Counted from the stretch's first letter, positions 39,315 through 49,916 are shown. The stretch: 64,000 bases of DNA from an uncultured virus (IMG/VR IMGVR_UViG_651053023_000007) (IMGVR_UViG_651053023_000007), one strand, 5' to 3'. Notes: a model not told the origin generated them from the sequence alone. Numbers and translations: made by a program.

Positions 39315-40467
39315 CGATGTTGACCTGGGGTATGCGTACACCCTGAAACCGGAAGAAGCGATTAAGTATTTCGAAAGCAAGGGATACGTTATCGGCTTCC
39401 GCTGGCACGATGTGAAGGACATCGCACACGCCCGGGCGTTCACGGTGGCGGGCGTGCTGAAACTGGATGTGCTGAAGGATATCCGTGATGGCCTGACGGC
39501 GGCACTGGCTGACGGCGGGACGTTCCGGGAGTTTGCTGCACAACTGGAGCCGTTACTGGAGAAAAAAGGCTGGCTGGGTAAACGGCTGATTGTGGACGAG
39601 GACACCGGCGAACTGCACGGCAGACAGCTGACGCCGCGCCGGTTGCGCACGATATTTGATACCAATATTCAGTCGTCATACAACGCCGGACGTTATCAGC
39701 AGCAGATGGCGAACGTGGCTGACCGGCCTTATTTTGAGCGCGTGGCAGTGATGGACCTTCACACACGCCCGAAACACGCCGCCCTGAACGGCTTTACCGC
39801 CCGGGCGGATGACCCGGTCTGGGAGTATTTCTACGCGCCTGACGGGTACGGATGCCGCTGCCGTATCCGGGCGCGTTCGGCGTCTGATGTGGAGAAATAT
39901 GGCCTGACGGTGCAGAGCAGCGAGGGGCGACTGGTTGAGGTTGAACAGGAATATGGCCAGCCGGGCCAGACCATCAGAACAATGGGGCTGAAGATGCCGG
40001 ACGGTTCCGTGTATACCGCCGACCCGGGCTTCGGATTTAATCCCGGTCGGGTGGCATGGCAGCCGGAACTGGAAAAATACGATTACCGCAGCGCCCGCCA
40101 GTATGTCACCGGCACCCTGACCGGGCCGGATTTTGCCCGGGGACTGGCGAACGTCAGCGAACTGGATGCGCGCCAGCGATATCCGCTGGCCATCCGTTCA
40201 CCGGAACAGGTCGCCGCCACGGGGGCCGCACGGCAGACGGTAAACCTTACGGCTGACGTTATGAAGCGCCTCAGTGCAACAGACACGCCCCCGACCGCCG
40301 CCGACTATGTGCTGATGCAGCAGACCATCGAACGGGCGGAGCATGTCACGCAGGACGGCAACGCGTGGCGGTATGCGTTACAGTCTGGCGACCGCTGGTC
40401 AGTGGCGACGGTTGAGGATGACGTGCTGACAGACTGGGTTATGCAGGACACCCCGGAGGCATCATGA
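39301..40467 (+). CDS. MuF-like minor head protein
   Basis: HARAFTVA, RLRTIFDTN, GCRC. Confidence 0.9.
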   Translation: MPTADDVDLGYAYTLKPEEAIKYFESKGYVIGFRWHDVKDIAHARAFTVAGVLKLDVLKDIRDGLTAALADGGTFREFAAQLEPLLEKKGWLGKRLIVDEDTGELHGRQLTPRRLRTIFDTNIQSSYNAGRYQQQMANVADRPYFERVAVMDLHTRPKHAALNGFTARADDPVWEYFYAPDGYGCRCRIRARSASDVEKYGLTVQSSEGRLVEVEQEYGQPGQTIRTMGLKMPDGSVYTADPGFGFNPGRVAWQPELEKYDYRSARQYVTGTLTGPDFARGLANVSELDARQRYPLAIRSPEQVAATGAARQTVNLTADVMKRLSATDTPPTAADYVLMQQTIERAEHVTQDGNAWRYALQSGDRWSVATVEDDVLTDWVMQDTPEAS

Positions 40468-41015
40468 GCGGCGGTAAACTGGATATTAAGATTGATTTAA
40501 GCGCGTATAACACCACGCTGGGGAAACTGATTCGTTCCGTGAAGGACCGGCGCGACCTGATGACGGCACTTGCAGGCTCCATGCTGGATGCGGTTGAGAC
40601 TAACTTTGAACAACAGGGTCGCCCGAAATGGATGGGCTGGAGTCCGGCTTATGCGAAGCGACGCGGCCCCGGGCAAATCCTCCAGAAGTCCGGGCGACTG
40701 GCTGCCAGTATCCGCTCTGCGGTTAACAATAACGAGGCCACGGTCGGGACAAACGTCCGTTACGCCCGTATCCACAACGAAGGCGGCGAAATCCGCCATC
40801 AGGCACGGACGCAGAACCTGTATTTTAAACAGTACAAAAACGGCAGCGTCAGCACCCGCTTTGTGAAAAAGCGCAACAGTAATTTTGTGCAGAGCGCAAC
40901 GGTCGGAGCGTATACGGTCAACATGCCCGCGCGTCCCTTCCTTCAGCTTGTGCAGGACGACATCGACGAGCTGGAGAACACTGCAAACCGCTATTTTGCG
41001 CGTGTGATTGACTGA
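40464..41015 (+). CDS. Virion morphogenesis protein (Mu gpG-like)
   Basis: GTNVRYARIH, MPARPFL. Confidence 0.9.
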   Translation: MSGGKLDIKIDLSAYNTTLGKLIRSVKDRRDLMTALAGSMLDAVETNFEQQGRPKWMGWSPAYAKRRGPGQILQKSGRLAASIRSAVNNNEATVGTNVRYARIHNEGGEIRHQARTQNLYFKQYKNGSVSTRFVKKRNSNFVQSATVGAYTVNMPARPFLQLVQDDIDELENTANRYFARVID

Positions 41016-41170
41016 ATGGTCACAAACGCGCTGTAATCGTCTGTGACAACATAAACGCCTCACGGATGAGGCATTACAGCACCGCACCCCATAAATGCCG
41101 TCAGAATCGTTTTTAAAAGGGTTTTAAAAACGGTTTTATTTCCCATTTTATCCTTTCCCGTTATGGCAGG

Positions 41171-41217
41171 GTGCTGAACACCCTCAACAGTACCCCGTTT
41201 TCTCCTTCCGTCATCAT
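41171..41217 (+). promoter_or_regulatory. Late promoter candidate (head)
   Basis: GTGCTGAACACCCTCA plus CATCAT at offset 42. Confidence 0.7.
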
Positions 41218-41224
41218 GCCGCGT

Positions 41225-42340
41225 ATGAAGATGAACATTGCGGCGTTAAGCCTCGAAATCACCAAAGCAACTCACAGCGAAATCCAGCTGTTTCCGGCAG
41301 GCGAGTTCAGTGCGGTGGATGGTCGCCCACATACCGATGAAGTCGAAAGCGGTAAATGGGTGCTGACTGCCGAACTGGCCGCGCAGCTTGTCGCACAGGT
41401 GGCAGCCCGTACCACGCCTTTTGTCATTGATTACGAACATCAGACGCTGCGCGCCGTAAACAACGGCAAGCCCGCCCCGGCGGCGGGCTGGTTCAGCCAG
41501 GTGGAATGGCGTGAAGGTGTGGGCCTGTATGCCACCGGTGTGGAGTGGACGGAGAACGCGGCGGCCATGATTGCCGCCGGTGAGTACAAATTTATTTCCC
41601 CTGTTTTTGCCTACAACAAGCGCGGCGAAGTGCTGGAGCTGTTACATGCTGCGCTGACCAATACCCCGGCGCTGGACGGTATGGACGCGGTCATGCTGGC
41701 TGCGGCCAGTCGTCTGGCGAGTCTGTCAACTGAAACGGAGACCACAACGGTGGATGAAGAACTGTTAAACGATTTGCTGTCCAGTCTGCGCTGGATGCTT
41801 AACCTCCCGGTGACCTCAACGGCGGAAGATATCAAAAGCGAGCTGCAAAAGGTCGTTGACATGATTTCGAACGGTCAGGGAACGGCGGCGGCATCCGTCA
41901 GCCTGCTGGCCCTGCTGAATCAGAAAGACGAGCAAATCGCCAGCCTGTCAGCAAATGCCTATGACCCGACGAAGCATATCCCTCTGACGGCATATGAAGA
42001 ACTTCAGGGACGTTATGCCGTACTGGCGCAACAGTCCGGTGAAGCCGAAGCCGGGGCACTGATTCAGGCGGCGCTGTCTGACGGGCGACTGCTTCCGACG
42101 CTGGAAGACTGGGCGAAAGATTACGCTCGTCGCGATATTAACGGTTTTAAAACCTGGCTGGATAAAACCACCCCGCTTGCCGCACTCAGCAGCACCCAGA
42201 CCGGCGGCAAACCACCCAAAACGCCGTCACCGGCCCCGGCGCAGATTAAAACCGGCGATGACGTCGATGTCGATATCGCCATTTGTTCAATGATGGGCGT
42301 TGATCCAGAGGATGTCGCCCGTTACGCAGGAGACAAGTAA
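41225..42340 (+). CDS. Protease/scaffold (Mu gpI/Z-like); nested scaffold start GTG at 41750
   Basis: VIDYEHQ, YKFISPVF, ALTNTPAL; internal GGAG SD. Confidence 0.9.
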   Translation: MKMNIAALSLEITKATHSEIQLFPAGEFSAVDGRPHTDEVESGKWVLTAELAAQLVAQVAARTTPFVIDYEHQTLRAVNNGKPAPAAGWFSQVEWREGVGLYATGVEWTENAAAMIAAGEYKFISPVFAYNKRGEVLELLHAALTNTPALDGMDAVMLAAASRLASLSTETETTTVDEELLNDLLSSLRWMLNLPVTSTAEDIKSELQKVVDMISNGQGTAAASVSLLALLNQKDEQIASLSANAYDPTKHIPLTAYEELQGRYAVLAQQSGEAEAGALIQAALSDGRLLPTLEDWAKDYARRDINGFKTWLDKTTPLAALSSTQTGGKPPKTPSPAPAQIKTGDDVDVDIAICSMMGVDPEDVARYAGDK

Positions 42341-42736
42341 ATGGATCGCAATACCCCCTACCGTGACGGCGAACTGAACCCGGTGCCGGTTGCCGCTGCG
42401 ACCGAAATTTTTGGCGGTCATATGGTGGCCGTTAACGCATCCGGTTATGCCGTTCCGGCCAGTGCCACGGCCTCACAGATTACGCTGGGCGTGTCTGATG
42501 GCTGGGCGGATAACAGTACCGGCAGCGATGGCGATGTCACCGTTCTGGTGCGTTGCGGCAAAGATTTTCTGATGGTGAACAGCACCTCAGACCCGGTCAC
42601 ACAATCGCAGGTCGGCAAGCTGTGCTACGTGGAAGACAGCGTGACCGTGGCAAAAACCGACAACAGCAGCGCCCGTCCTGTCGCAGGGAAAGTGATCGGC
42701 ATCTGTGGCGATGGCGTCTGGGTTCATTTCAGTTAA
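42341..42736 (+). CDS. Putative capsid decoration protein
   Basis: Between protease and capsid genes, beta-rich. Confidence 0.65.
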   Translation: MDRNTPYRDGELNPVPVAAATEIFGGHMVAVNASGYAVPASATASQITLGVSDGWADNSTGSDGDVTVLVRCGKDFLMVNSTSDPVTQSQVGKLCYVEDSVTVAKTDNSSARPVAGKVIGICGDGVWVHFS

Positions 42737-42746
42737 GGAGCAAAAC

Positions 42747-43655
42747 GTGTTAGTCAACGTTAAAAACGTCAAACAGATTTTTATCAATCTGAAGGCCACC
42801 TTCCAGAAAGCCTTCGACCAGTCGCCAACTGACTGGCAGAAGGTGGCAATGGAAGTGCCATCAAACGGCAAGGAAAACGACTACAGCTGGTTAAGTCGTT
42901 TCCCGAAAATGCGCGAGTGGATTGGTGACAAGGTCGTCAAATCACTGGCGGCATTTAACTACACCATCCGTAACAAGGACTGGGAAGCCACGGTTGAAGT
43001 CGATCGTAACGACATCGAGGACGACCAGATTATGGGCTATGCCCTTCAGGCGAAAGGAGCCGGACAGTCGGCAGCAGAGCTACCGGCAGATATTGTGGCG
43101 TCCCTTATCAGTAACGGTTTTACCAATCTCTGTTATGACGGTCAGCCGTTCTTTGATACCGACCACCTGGTCGCCGGTAAATCGGTGTCCAACAAAGGCA
43201 CCAAAAAACTCAAAGTTGGCTCGCTTGCCGAGGCGAAAGCCTCCTACGGTGCCGCCCGTACGGCCATGCGTAGTCTGAAAGATGACGAAGGCGCATCCCT
43301 CAAAATTCGCCCGAATCTGCTGGTTGTGCCACCGGCGCTGGAGGATGACGCGAACTACCTGATGACCGCCGAGAAGTTCCCGGACGGCACGCCGAACCCG
43401 TACCGCAATACCGCCGAAGTGCTGGTGATGCCGGAGCTGGCGTCGGATTCTGCGTGGTTCCTGTTTGACACCACCAAACCGGTGAAACCGCTGATTTATC
43501 AGCTGCGTAAAAAGCCTGTTTTTGTGGAGCAGACGGACTACAACAGCGACAACGTGTTCAAGCGTAAGAAGTTCCTGTTTGGTGCCGAAGCGCGCTGTAA
43601 CGGCGGTTACGGCTTCTGGCAGATGGCATTTGGTTCAGATGGTACGACGGAGTAA
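42747..43655 (+). CDS. Major capsid protein (Mu gpT-like)
   Basis: PKMREWIG, CYDGQPFFDTDH, GYGFWQMA. Confidence 0.93.
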   Translation: MLVNVKNVKQIFINLKATFQKAFDQSPTDWQKVAMEVPSNGKENDYSWLSRFPKMREWIGDKVVKSLAAFNYTIRNKDWEATVEVDRNDIEDDQIMGYALQAKGAGQSAAELPADIVASLISNGFTNLCYDGQPFFDTDHLVAGKSVSNKGTKKLKVGSLAEAKASYGAARTAMRSLKDDEGASLKIRPNLLVVPPALEDDANYLMTAEKFPDGTPNPYRNTAEVLVMPELASDSAWFLFDTTKPVKPLIYQLRKKPVFVEQTDYNSDNVFKRKKFLFGAEARCNGGYGFWQMAFGSDGTTE

Positions 43656-43658
43656 TGC

Positions 43659-44000
43659 ATGGAAAAGGTGATTGAAATTACCGCCCGCCGTGAGGGTTTT
43701 CGCCGCTGCGGTGTGGCACACAGCGCAACCACGAAGGCATGGCCTGTGGATGCGTTCACCCCGGAACAGCTGGCGGTGCTGAAGGCGGACCCCATGCTGA
43801 TTGTGGTGGAGCGTGATAAAGCGTCCGGCCAGAACGACGCGGACCAAAGTGATGAACTGGTCGCACAACTGGATGCCGAACGCCAGAAAGTCAGCGAACT
43901 GACGGCGCAACTGGAAGAAGAACGCCAGAAAGTCAGTGAACTGACCGCACAGCTGAACGCCGCACAGAAAACACAAAAAGCGGACAAAAAGGAGAAGTAA
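43659..44000 (+). CDS. Mu gp35-like protein with 14-aa tandem repeat
   Basis: GFRRCG; ERQKVSELTAQL x2. Confidence 0.8.
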   Translation: MEKVIEITARREGFRRCGVAHSATTKAWPVDAFTPEQLAVLKADPMLIVVERDKASGQNDADQSDELVAQLDAERQKVSELTAQLEEERQKVSELTAQLNAAQKTQKADKKEK

Positions 44001-44003
44001 CCC

Positions 44004-44435
44004 ATGTCTTACGCCACACCGGAACAGTTCATCAGGGCGTTCAGTGAACGAGAGGCACGCACACTGACGGATGAAGACATGACGGGATTCATCGACGAAG
44101 AAAAGCTGGCCTCCGCGCTTGCGCGCGCCAGTGCCCAGATTGATGGCTATCTGGTGGGGCGTTACCGGACCCCGTGGCCTGACAGCCCGGGGATTCTGGT
44201 GGGTTACTGCTGCGATATCGCCCGTTACCACCTGGCGACCGATTACCGTATCTGCTCAGAAGAAATTCAGATGCGCTACCGGGATGCCATCCGCTTTCTG
44301 GAGAAAGTCGCGGCAGGACAAGTCAACCTCGGACGGGATACGTCCGGCAGCGTGATCCAGTCATCGTCACAGGTGCGTATCCGCTCCGGCTCCCGTCAGT
44401 TCGGGCGTGAGTCCACGCGGGGAGGTGCATTCTGA
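44004..44435 (+). CDS. Head-tail adaptor (Mu gp36-like)
   Basis: IDGYL.GRY, CCDIARY. Confidence 0.9.
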   Translation: MSYATPEQFIRAFSEREARTLTDEDMTGFIDEEKLASALARASAQIDGYLVGRYRTPWPDSPGILVGYCCDIARYHLATDYRICSEEIQMRYRDAIRFLEKVAAGQVNLGRDTSGSVIQSSSQVRIRSGSRQFGRESTRGGAF

Positions 44436-45070
44436 TTACTGACATTGAACGGGCGCTGGTTGAGCGTCTGCGCTGTGGTCTGGGGCATATGGTGCAGGAT
44501 GTCCGCACCTATGCCGGTGAACTGGATGAAGACCCTGGCCGGATTGTTCGCAGCCTTCCGGCAGCCTGGGTGACGTTCGGCGGCATCGTGAAAACCGAAC
44601 GCTATTCCACGTCGCGCCGGAAATACATTGCCACCGGACGCTTTGTGGTTGTGGTGGGTGATTACAACACCCGCAGCGAACAGAGCGCCAGACAGGGAGG
44701 CTCTGTCCGGGATGAAGTCGGGACAAACCAGCTGGTTGAATCCGTCCGTCGCCTGCTGACCGGTCAGGATTTGGGGCTGGAGATTGATTATTTCGAACCC
44801 GGGCGGGTCAGGACGCTGTTTAACACCGGCGTGGCAGAGCGGGCAATGTCCGTGTTTGCCTGTGAGTTCGATACCCGCTGGGTGGAGCACGCGCTGGAGA
44901 ACGGCAAATGGCCGGAGCGTGGCGCAGAAGCGGACCGCCTCTTCAACCGCTACCACGGCAGGCTGTCAGACCCTGACCCGGATTTACTGCGAATTGGTAC
45001 GCAATACGGCGCAGATATCTGTGGTCTGGATGAATTAAGAGAGCAACAGCATGAACAAAATGAAGGTTAA
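44432..45070 (+). CDS. Tail terminator (Mu gp37-like), probable CTG start
   Basis: VRTYAGE, PAAWV; GGAGGT 5 nt before CTG. Confidence 0.8.
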   Translation: MITDIERALVERLRCGLGHMVQDVRTYAGELDEDPGRIVRSLPAAWVTFGGIVKTERYSTSRRKYIATGRFVVVVGDYNTRSEQSARQGGSVRDEVGTNQLVESVRRLLTGQDLGLEIDYFEPGRVRTLFNTGVAERAMSVFACEFDTRWVEHALENGKWPERGAEADRLFNRYHGRLSDPDPDLLRIGTQYGADICGLDELREQQHEQNEG

Positions 45071-45293
45071 GGCGGCTCACGGGATGAAGTTCCCGATGGA
45101 GGATAACGCCCGGAAATACATCACCACGGAAGCGGTGACCGTTGAGAATACCGCTTATTACCGGCGCGCCGTTCAGGACGGTGACCTGATTCTGGTGAAG
45201 GATGAACCTGAAGCCACCGAGGTGGCTGAACAGGACGCCGTGCAGGTAAAAGCGAAGGTGAAGAAAGAGAAACAGGTGGGCTCCGATGAGTGA
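45051..45293 (+). CDS. Mu gp38-like protein
   Basis: AYYRRAVQDGDL. Confidence 0.8.
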   Translation: MNKMKVKAAHGMKFPMEDNARKYITTEAVTVENTAYYRRAVQDGDLILVKDEPEATEVAEQDAVQVKAKVKKEKQVGSDE

Positions 45294-46707
45294 AATTCAG
45301 TTTGACACCATTTCGGGCGGCATCCGTAAGCCCGGTGTGCATTTTGAGTTTAATACCCGACTGGCCGTTAACACGCTGCCGGGTAATGAACAGCGTGTTC
45401 TGGTGATTGGTCCGATGCTGTCAGGCGGCACCGCCACGCCCCTGAATGCCGTCTCCGTGTATTCCGAAGACGAAGCGGATTTGTATTTCGGGGCCGGTTC
45501 GCTGGCCGCTGCAATGGCGCGCGCGGCCATTAATGCCAACAGCTATCTGCAACTGGATGTTATCGGTATTGCAGACAGTGGCGCAGGAAAGGCGGCAACC
45601 GGCGCAGTTACCGTCAGTGGCACGGCAACCAGCAGCGGCACGCTGTCGGTATGGGTTGCCGGTGAGCAGGTCACGGTGGATGTGGAAACCGGTGATGAAC
45701 CGTCGAAAATCATTCCGGCACTGGTGGAAGCAATGACGCAGACGCCATCGCTTCTGGTCACGGGGGAATACAAATCGGAAGCCTCTCAGCTGACGGTGAC
45801 CACCCGGACCAAAGGGGCCTGGGGGGATGATATCACCCTGTCAGCGTCCACCACGGCAGGCGGTCTGACCGTGAGCGCCACGCCGATGGCGAACGGCGAA
45901 ATGGATCCGGATATTCAGCCCGCACTGGATGCGGTCTTTGCCGCCGGTCACAACATTCTGATTTGTCCGTTCAGTACCACGCCAGCCCTTGCTGCCCTGA
46001 AGCAGCATCTGGAGAAAACCGGGAACGCGATGGAACAGCGCGGCGCGATTGGCTGTGCGGGCTGGACGGGTAGTCTCGGAAACGGGATCACCCTGGCAGC
46101 CGGTGTGAACAGCGGGCGCGTGTCCGTCCCCTGGTATCGCGGCTCCGTGAAGCTGCCAGCGGTGCTGGCTGCCATCTACGGCGCTGTGATGGCGGGCGAG
46201 GAAGACCCGGCGCGTCCGCTGAACTCGCTGGCGCTGTCCGGGCTGGATGTGGTCGCCATGTCACAGCGTGAAAGCCGTAACGAGCAGGAAAACGCCCTGC
46301 ATAACGGCCTGACACCGGTTGAGGTTGGCCCGGGTAATACGGTGCAGATTGTGCGTGCAGTCAGTACCTACACGGTGAACGCGCAGGGCGTGGCTGATGT
46401 CTCGCTACTGGATATCACGTCCATCAGAACGCTGGATTACACCCGTAAGGCGTGCCGCGAACGTATCAGCCTCCGCTTCCCGCGTGAAAAACTCAGCACC
46501 CGCACTATCGCAAAAGTGGAAAGTGAACTGTATGACGTGCTGATCAAGCTGGAGGAAGCGGAAATTCTGGAGAACGTGGAAGCGAACAAGGCAAAGCTGC
46601 GCGTTCAGCGAAACGGGAAAGATGCAAACCGTCTCGACTGCGTGGTTCCGGCGGATGTGGTTAACGGCCTGCACGTGTTTGCCGGTCGCATCGACATGAT
46701 TTTGTAA
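45286..46707 (+). CDS. Tail sheath
   Basis: RKPGVHFEF, DPARPL. Confidence 0.92.
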   Translation: MSEIQFDTISGGIRKPGVHFEFNTRLAVNTLPGNEQRVLVIGPMLSGGTATPLNAVSVYSEDEADLYFGAGSLAAAMARAAINANSYLQLDVIGIADSGAGKAATGAVTVSGTATSSGTLSVWVAGEQVTVDVETGDEPSKIIPALVEAMTQTPSLLVTGEYKSEASQLTVTTRTKGAWGDDITLSASTTAGGLTVSATPMANGEMDPDIQPALDAVFAAGHNILICPFSTTPALAALKQHLEKTGNAMEQRGAIGCAGWTGSLGNGITLAAGVNSGRVSVPWYRGSVKLPAVLAAIYGAVMAGEEDPARPLNSLALSGLDVVAMSQRESRNEQENALHNGLTPVEVGPGNTVQIVRAVSTYTVNAQGVADVSLLDITSIRTLDYTRKACRERISLRFPREKLSTRTIAKVESELYDVLIKLEEAEILENVEANKAKLRVQRNGKDANRLDCVVPADVVNGLHVFAGRIDMIL

Positions 46708-46719
46708 GGAGCGCGGTAA

Positions 46720-47094
46720 ATGTCCATTAAAGAATATGTCGGCTCGATTGTGCTGGAGGTGGACAGCCAGGAAATCGAGATCACCGACTTCGATGTTCAG
46801 ATCAACACCGGACGAAAGCTGGTCAAGACCATGAACAAAACCGGCAGGGCAAAAGGCTTTGCCCGTGGCATTGCCACTTACGATATTTCAGTTTCGGCGG
46901 TTATCCCTGATACCAACGAGCCGGACTGGGAAAATCTGGAAGGTGTGAAAATCTCAATTTATCCGCTCAGCAACAGCGGTAAGCGCACCTCCTATCTGGA
47001 CTGCTTCACTGTTGAAGTGGGTGAGAAATACACCGTCGACAGTGAAGCGAAAATTGATATCAAAATGGCTGCACTCAGGAAGGTGACAGGATGA
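46720..47094 (+). CDS. Tail tube
   Basis: Follows sheath. Confidence 0.8.
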   Translation: MSIKEYVGSIVLEVDSQEIEITDFDVQINTGRKLVKTMNKTGRAKGFARGIATYDISVSAVIPDTNEPDWENLEGVKISIYPLSNSGKRTSYLDCFTVEVGEKYTVDSEAKIDIKMAALRKVTG

Positions 47095-47474
47095 CTTTGA
47101 TTAATACACAGACCGGCGAACTGTCTGATGGCGTGGTATTTAACGGCACCGTTCATAAAAACTTTGAGCTGCGTCTGCCGGTCATGCGTGATAACGGGCA
47201 GGCACTGGAAGAAACCGAAGAACGCTTTCAGACGGTGGACGGCTTCGCGGCAGATTATTACTACCGTTGTGCAGTGATGGCGGCAACGCTGGTCCGTCTT
47301 GGGGATATCCCGCAGGAAGAACTGACGGCGGATCTGTTGCACGACAACATGACGCCGGACGATTTTAATATTCTGCTGGCATCACGCAACGTCCTGAAGG
47401 TAAAGCGGAACGGCGGGAATCCCGGCTCGCCGGACTCCGGCTCGCAGTCCTCATCCTCGGGCGCTACGGAATAA
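47091..47474 (+). CDS. Tail assembly chaperone
   Basis: Between tube and TMP; -1 frame open to 47647. Confidence 0.8.
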   Translation: MTLINTQTGELSDGVVFNGTVHKNFELRLPVMRDNGQALEETEERFQTVDGFAADYYYRCAVMAATLVRLGDIPQEELTADLLHDNMTPDDFNILLASRNVLKVKRNGGNPGSPDSGSQSSSSGATE

Positions 47475-47636
47475 CCGAAGAGCAAATCATGACCATGAGC
47501 CGTCCCGAGCTGGACGGCTGGCTTGCCGCCGTTGACAGGCTGAACGGCGGCGGCTCAGGAAGGAAGGACACCTCACAGACCACCCGCCAGTCATTTAAAT
47601 CCCTCAGAAAGAAACGCAGAAAAGGTAAGCAGAAAA

Positions 47637-49916
47637 ATGGCCGGTAATTTCAAAGTTGGCATGACCCTGACTGCGAAGGACGAAGCCTCGCAGGTCCTGG
47701 AAAAGGGACAAAAACAGGTTATCAAAGCCACCGAAGGTGTAACAAAGGCAACCCGGAAAGCAGGCGCAGAGCAGAAGCGTACCGAGCAGGAAAGCATTAA
47801 CAGCACGAAAAAGGCCGCAAAAGAGATACAGCGTGCCGCCCGTGCCCGGGAAACGCTCGGTATTCGTGCAGAACGCGAGATCCGGCGTGAAATTTATCTG
47901 ACGGTTGCCAGTTATAACCGTCTGGCCCGCGCCGGTTTTGAATCTGCGCAGGAGCAGGAGCGCGCCATGCAGGCCACCCGGGAAAAAGCCCGGGCACTCA
48001 AGCGCGAACTGGATGGCGTTACTCAGGCTCAGATGAAGATGGCGAAAACGCCTGTTATCCCTGAACAGGGGCGTTTTGCGCGTGCAGCTGCATTTGGCAG
48101 GAATGCCGTGACAACAGGCGCTGGTATCGCAGCAGGTGCGGCTATTATGGCGCAGCCGGTCAAAAAGCAGATGAGCTACGAACGCCAGCTGGCAATGATG
48201 GCCAATACCGCTTTCAGTGATGGCGGCCTGGAGGGGCGCAGAGCTGGTCTTGAGCAGATGAAAAGCAGCATCCGTAACGCAGTGACCTATGGTGGCGGTA
48301 CGAAAGAGGATGCAGCCGAAACACTGGATGCCTTGCTGAAAGACGGCATTTCATTTGAAACAGCCAGTAAGTGGCTGCCCGAACTGATGAAATACGCCAC
48401 GGCTTCAGGCGCATCTGCAACAGACCTGGCTAAGGTGATGATTAAGGGCAAAAAGACCTTTGGATTCAGGGATGAAGATATTTCCACCGTTCTGAATATG
48501 GCGATTGCAGCGGGCAAAGAAGGCAGCTTTGAACTGAACGACATGGCCCGCTGGTTATCCCAGCAAATGGGCGCTGCGTCAGCTGCGGGGATGAAAGGCA
48601 AGGATGATTTCGTCAAGATTCTGGCGCTGAATGAAGCTGCCGCCATCACGGCGGGAAGCAGTGATGAAGCCGGAAATAACGTGGTTAACCTGCTGGCAAA
48701 ACTGACCAGTAAGGATATTGAAACAGCGGCTGCGGGGATAAATTACAACGGTAAGGGAATCGACTTTTCCGGTACGCTGACTGAAGCACGTGAGAATGGA
48801 CTTAATCCGATAGACGCGCTGTCCAGCCTGATAGACAAAATCGTTGCCAGCGATAAACGCTATCAGGAGCTGCAAAAGAAACTGGCCTCCGCCCGGGATA
48901 AAGGTGAGCAGACGGCTGTTTATGATTCGATGGCAACACTCCTTGAAGGCTTTGGTGTCGGAAAGCTGATTGCAGACCGTCAGGCGTTGATGGCGTTGTT
49001 AGCCTACCGTAACAACCCTGAATACCGGAAAAAGGTTGAAGACGCGATTAATCAGCAGCGCACCCTGCCGGAAGGTCAGCGCGCGGGTGATGTGGATTTT
49101 AAATTCATATCAGATACGAATGATTTTAAAACCGAACAGGCTAAAAACACGCTTGAATTTTCACAAATGGACAGCGTGAAAAAGCTGGCGGATGCATCCG
49201 GTACTGTGGCCGATGCCATAAGCTGGGCGGGTGAAAAATTTCCGGGACTGACCACAGCAGTCGTGGGTGCCACGACCGCCATTGAAGCGATGACCGCAGC
49301 AGCCCTGACATGGGCCGGGATCAAAATCCTGACCGGGGGTAAACCCGGTGGCAAGGCTGGCGAGGTTGTCGGTGATGTCATTGAAAACACGGTCAAAAAA
49401 GGCAAAGGATTTAAATTCCCCGGCATTGCCGGTGGCCTGCTTTCTTTCGGTAGCACCGTTACGGCACTGGCCACTGCAACCAGCCCGGAAGAAGACGCCG
49501 CCGTCGAAGGAAGCGAGGAGCGCTGGAAAAATATACGGGCTAAATATCCTCAGTGGCTGATTGATGCTGCCCGTGAAAAATATCAGCCGTGGTGGCAGTT
49601 TGGCGAAGGTTACTCAACAGAAAACGAGAAATGGATCCAGCAGTATCTTGACGAACTGAAAAAAACCGGGGTTATCGCCGGTGATTCTCTGCCAACACCA
49701 GAACAAGTCCGACAGCAAGCCGGAATGGCAGCGTCTGAAACGGCATCAAAGCAACCCGGACGCATCACCCAGCCGGAATACCTCACGCACTGGGGACCAC
49801 CTGCCAGCCCCATTAATTTCACCACACAACTGGTGCTCGATGGTCAGGTCGTGGCGGAAGCGGTGAATAAATACAACCTTCAGGACGGCAACAGAGGCAC
49901 GGGAGGAACTTACTGA
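47637..49916 (+). CDS. Tape measure protein
   Basis: 759 aa, Ala-rich helical. Confidence 0.9.
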   Translation: MAGNFKVGMTLTAKDEASQVLEKGQKQVIKATEGVTKATRKAGAEQKRTEQESINSTKKAAKEIQRAARARETLGIRAEREIRREIYLTVASYNRLARAGFESAQEQERAMQATREKARALKRELDGVTQAQMKMAKTPVIPEQGRFARAAAFGRNAVTTGAGIAAGAAIMAQPVKKQMSYERQLAMMANTAFSDGGLEGRRAGLEQMKSSIRNAVTYGGGTKEDAAETLDALLKDGISFETASKWLPELMKYATASGASATDLAKVMIKGKKTFGFRDEDISTVLNMAIAAGKEGSFELNDMARWLSQQMGAASAAGMKGKDDFVKILALNEAAAITAGSSDEAGNNVVNLLAKLTSKDIETAAAGINYNGKGIDFSGTLTEARENGLNPIDALSSLIDKIVASDKRYQELQKKLASARDKGEQTAVYDSMATLLEGFGVGKLIADRQALMALLAYRNNPEYRKKVEDAINQQRTLPEGQRAGDVDFKFISDTNDFKTEQAKNTLEFSQMDSVKKLADASGTVADAISWAGEKFPGLTTAVVGATTAIEAMTAAALTWAGIKILTGGKPGGKAGEVVGDVIENTVKKGKGFKFPGIAGGLLSFGSTVTALATATSPEEDAAVEGSEERWKNIRAKYPQWLIDAAREKYQPWWQFGEGYSTENEKWIQQYLDELKKTGVIAGDSLPTPEQVRQQAGMAASETASKQPGRITQPEYLTHWGPPASPINFTTQLVLDGQVVAEAVNKYNLQDGNRGTGGTY

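Noticed and set aside
38622..39665. Long antisense ORFs (also 16610-17353, 37014-37658 and others)
   Set aside because: Opposite GC-rich structural genes, no recognisable motifs
39301..40467. MuF-fused polymorphic toxin
   Set aside because: C-terminal extension shows no toxin motif I recognise and no immunity gene follows
43863..43955. 42-bp tandem repeat as a separate element
   Set aside because: In-frame coiled-coil repeat within gp35
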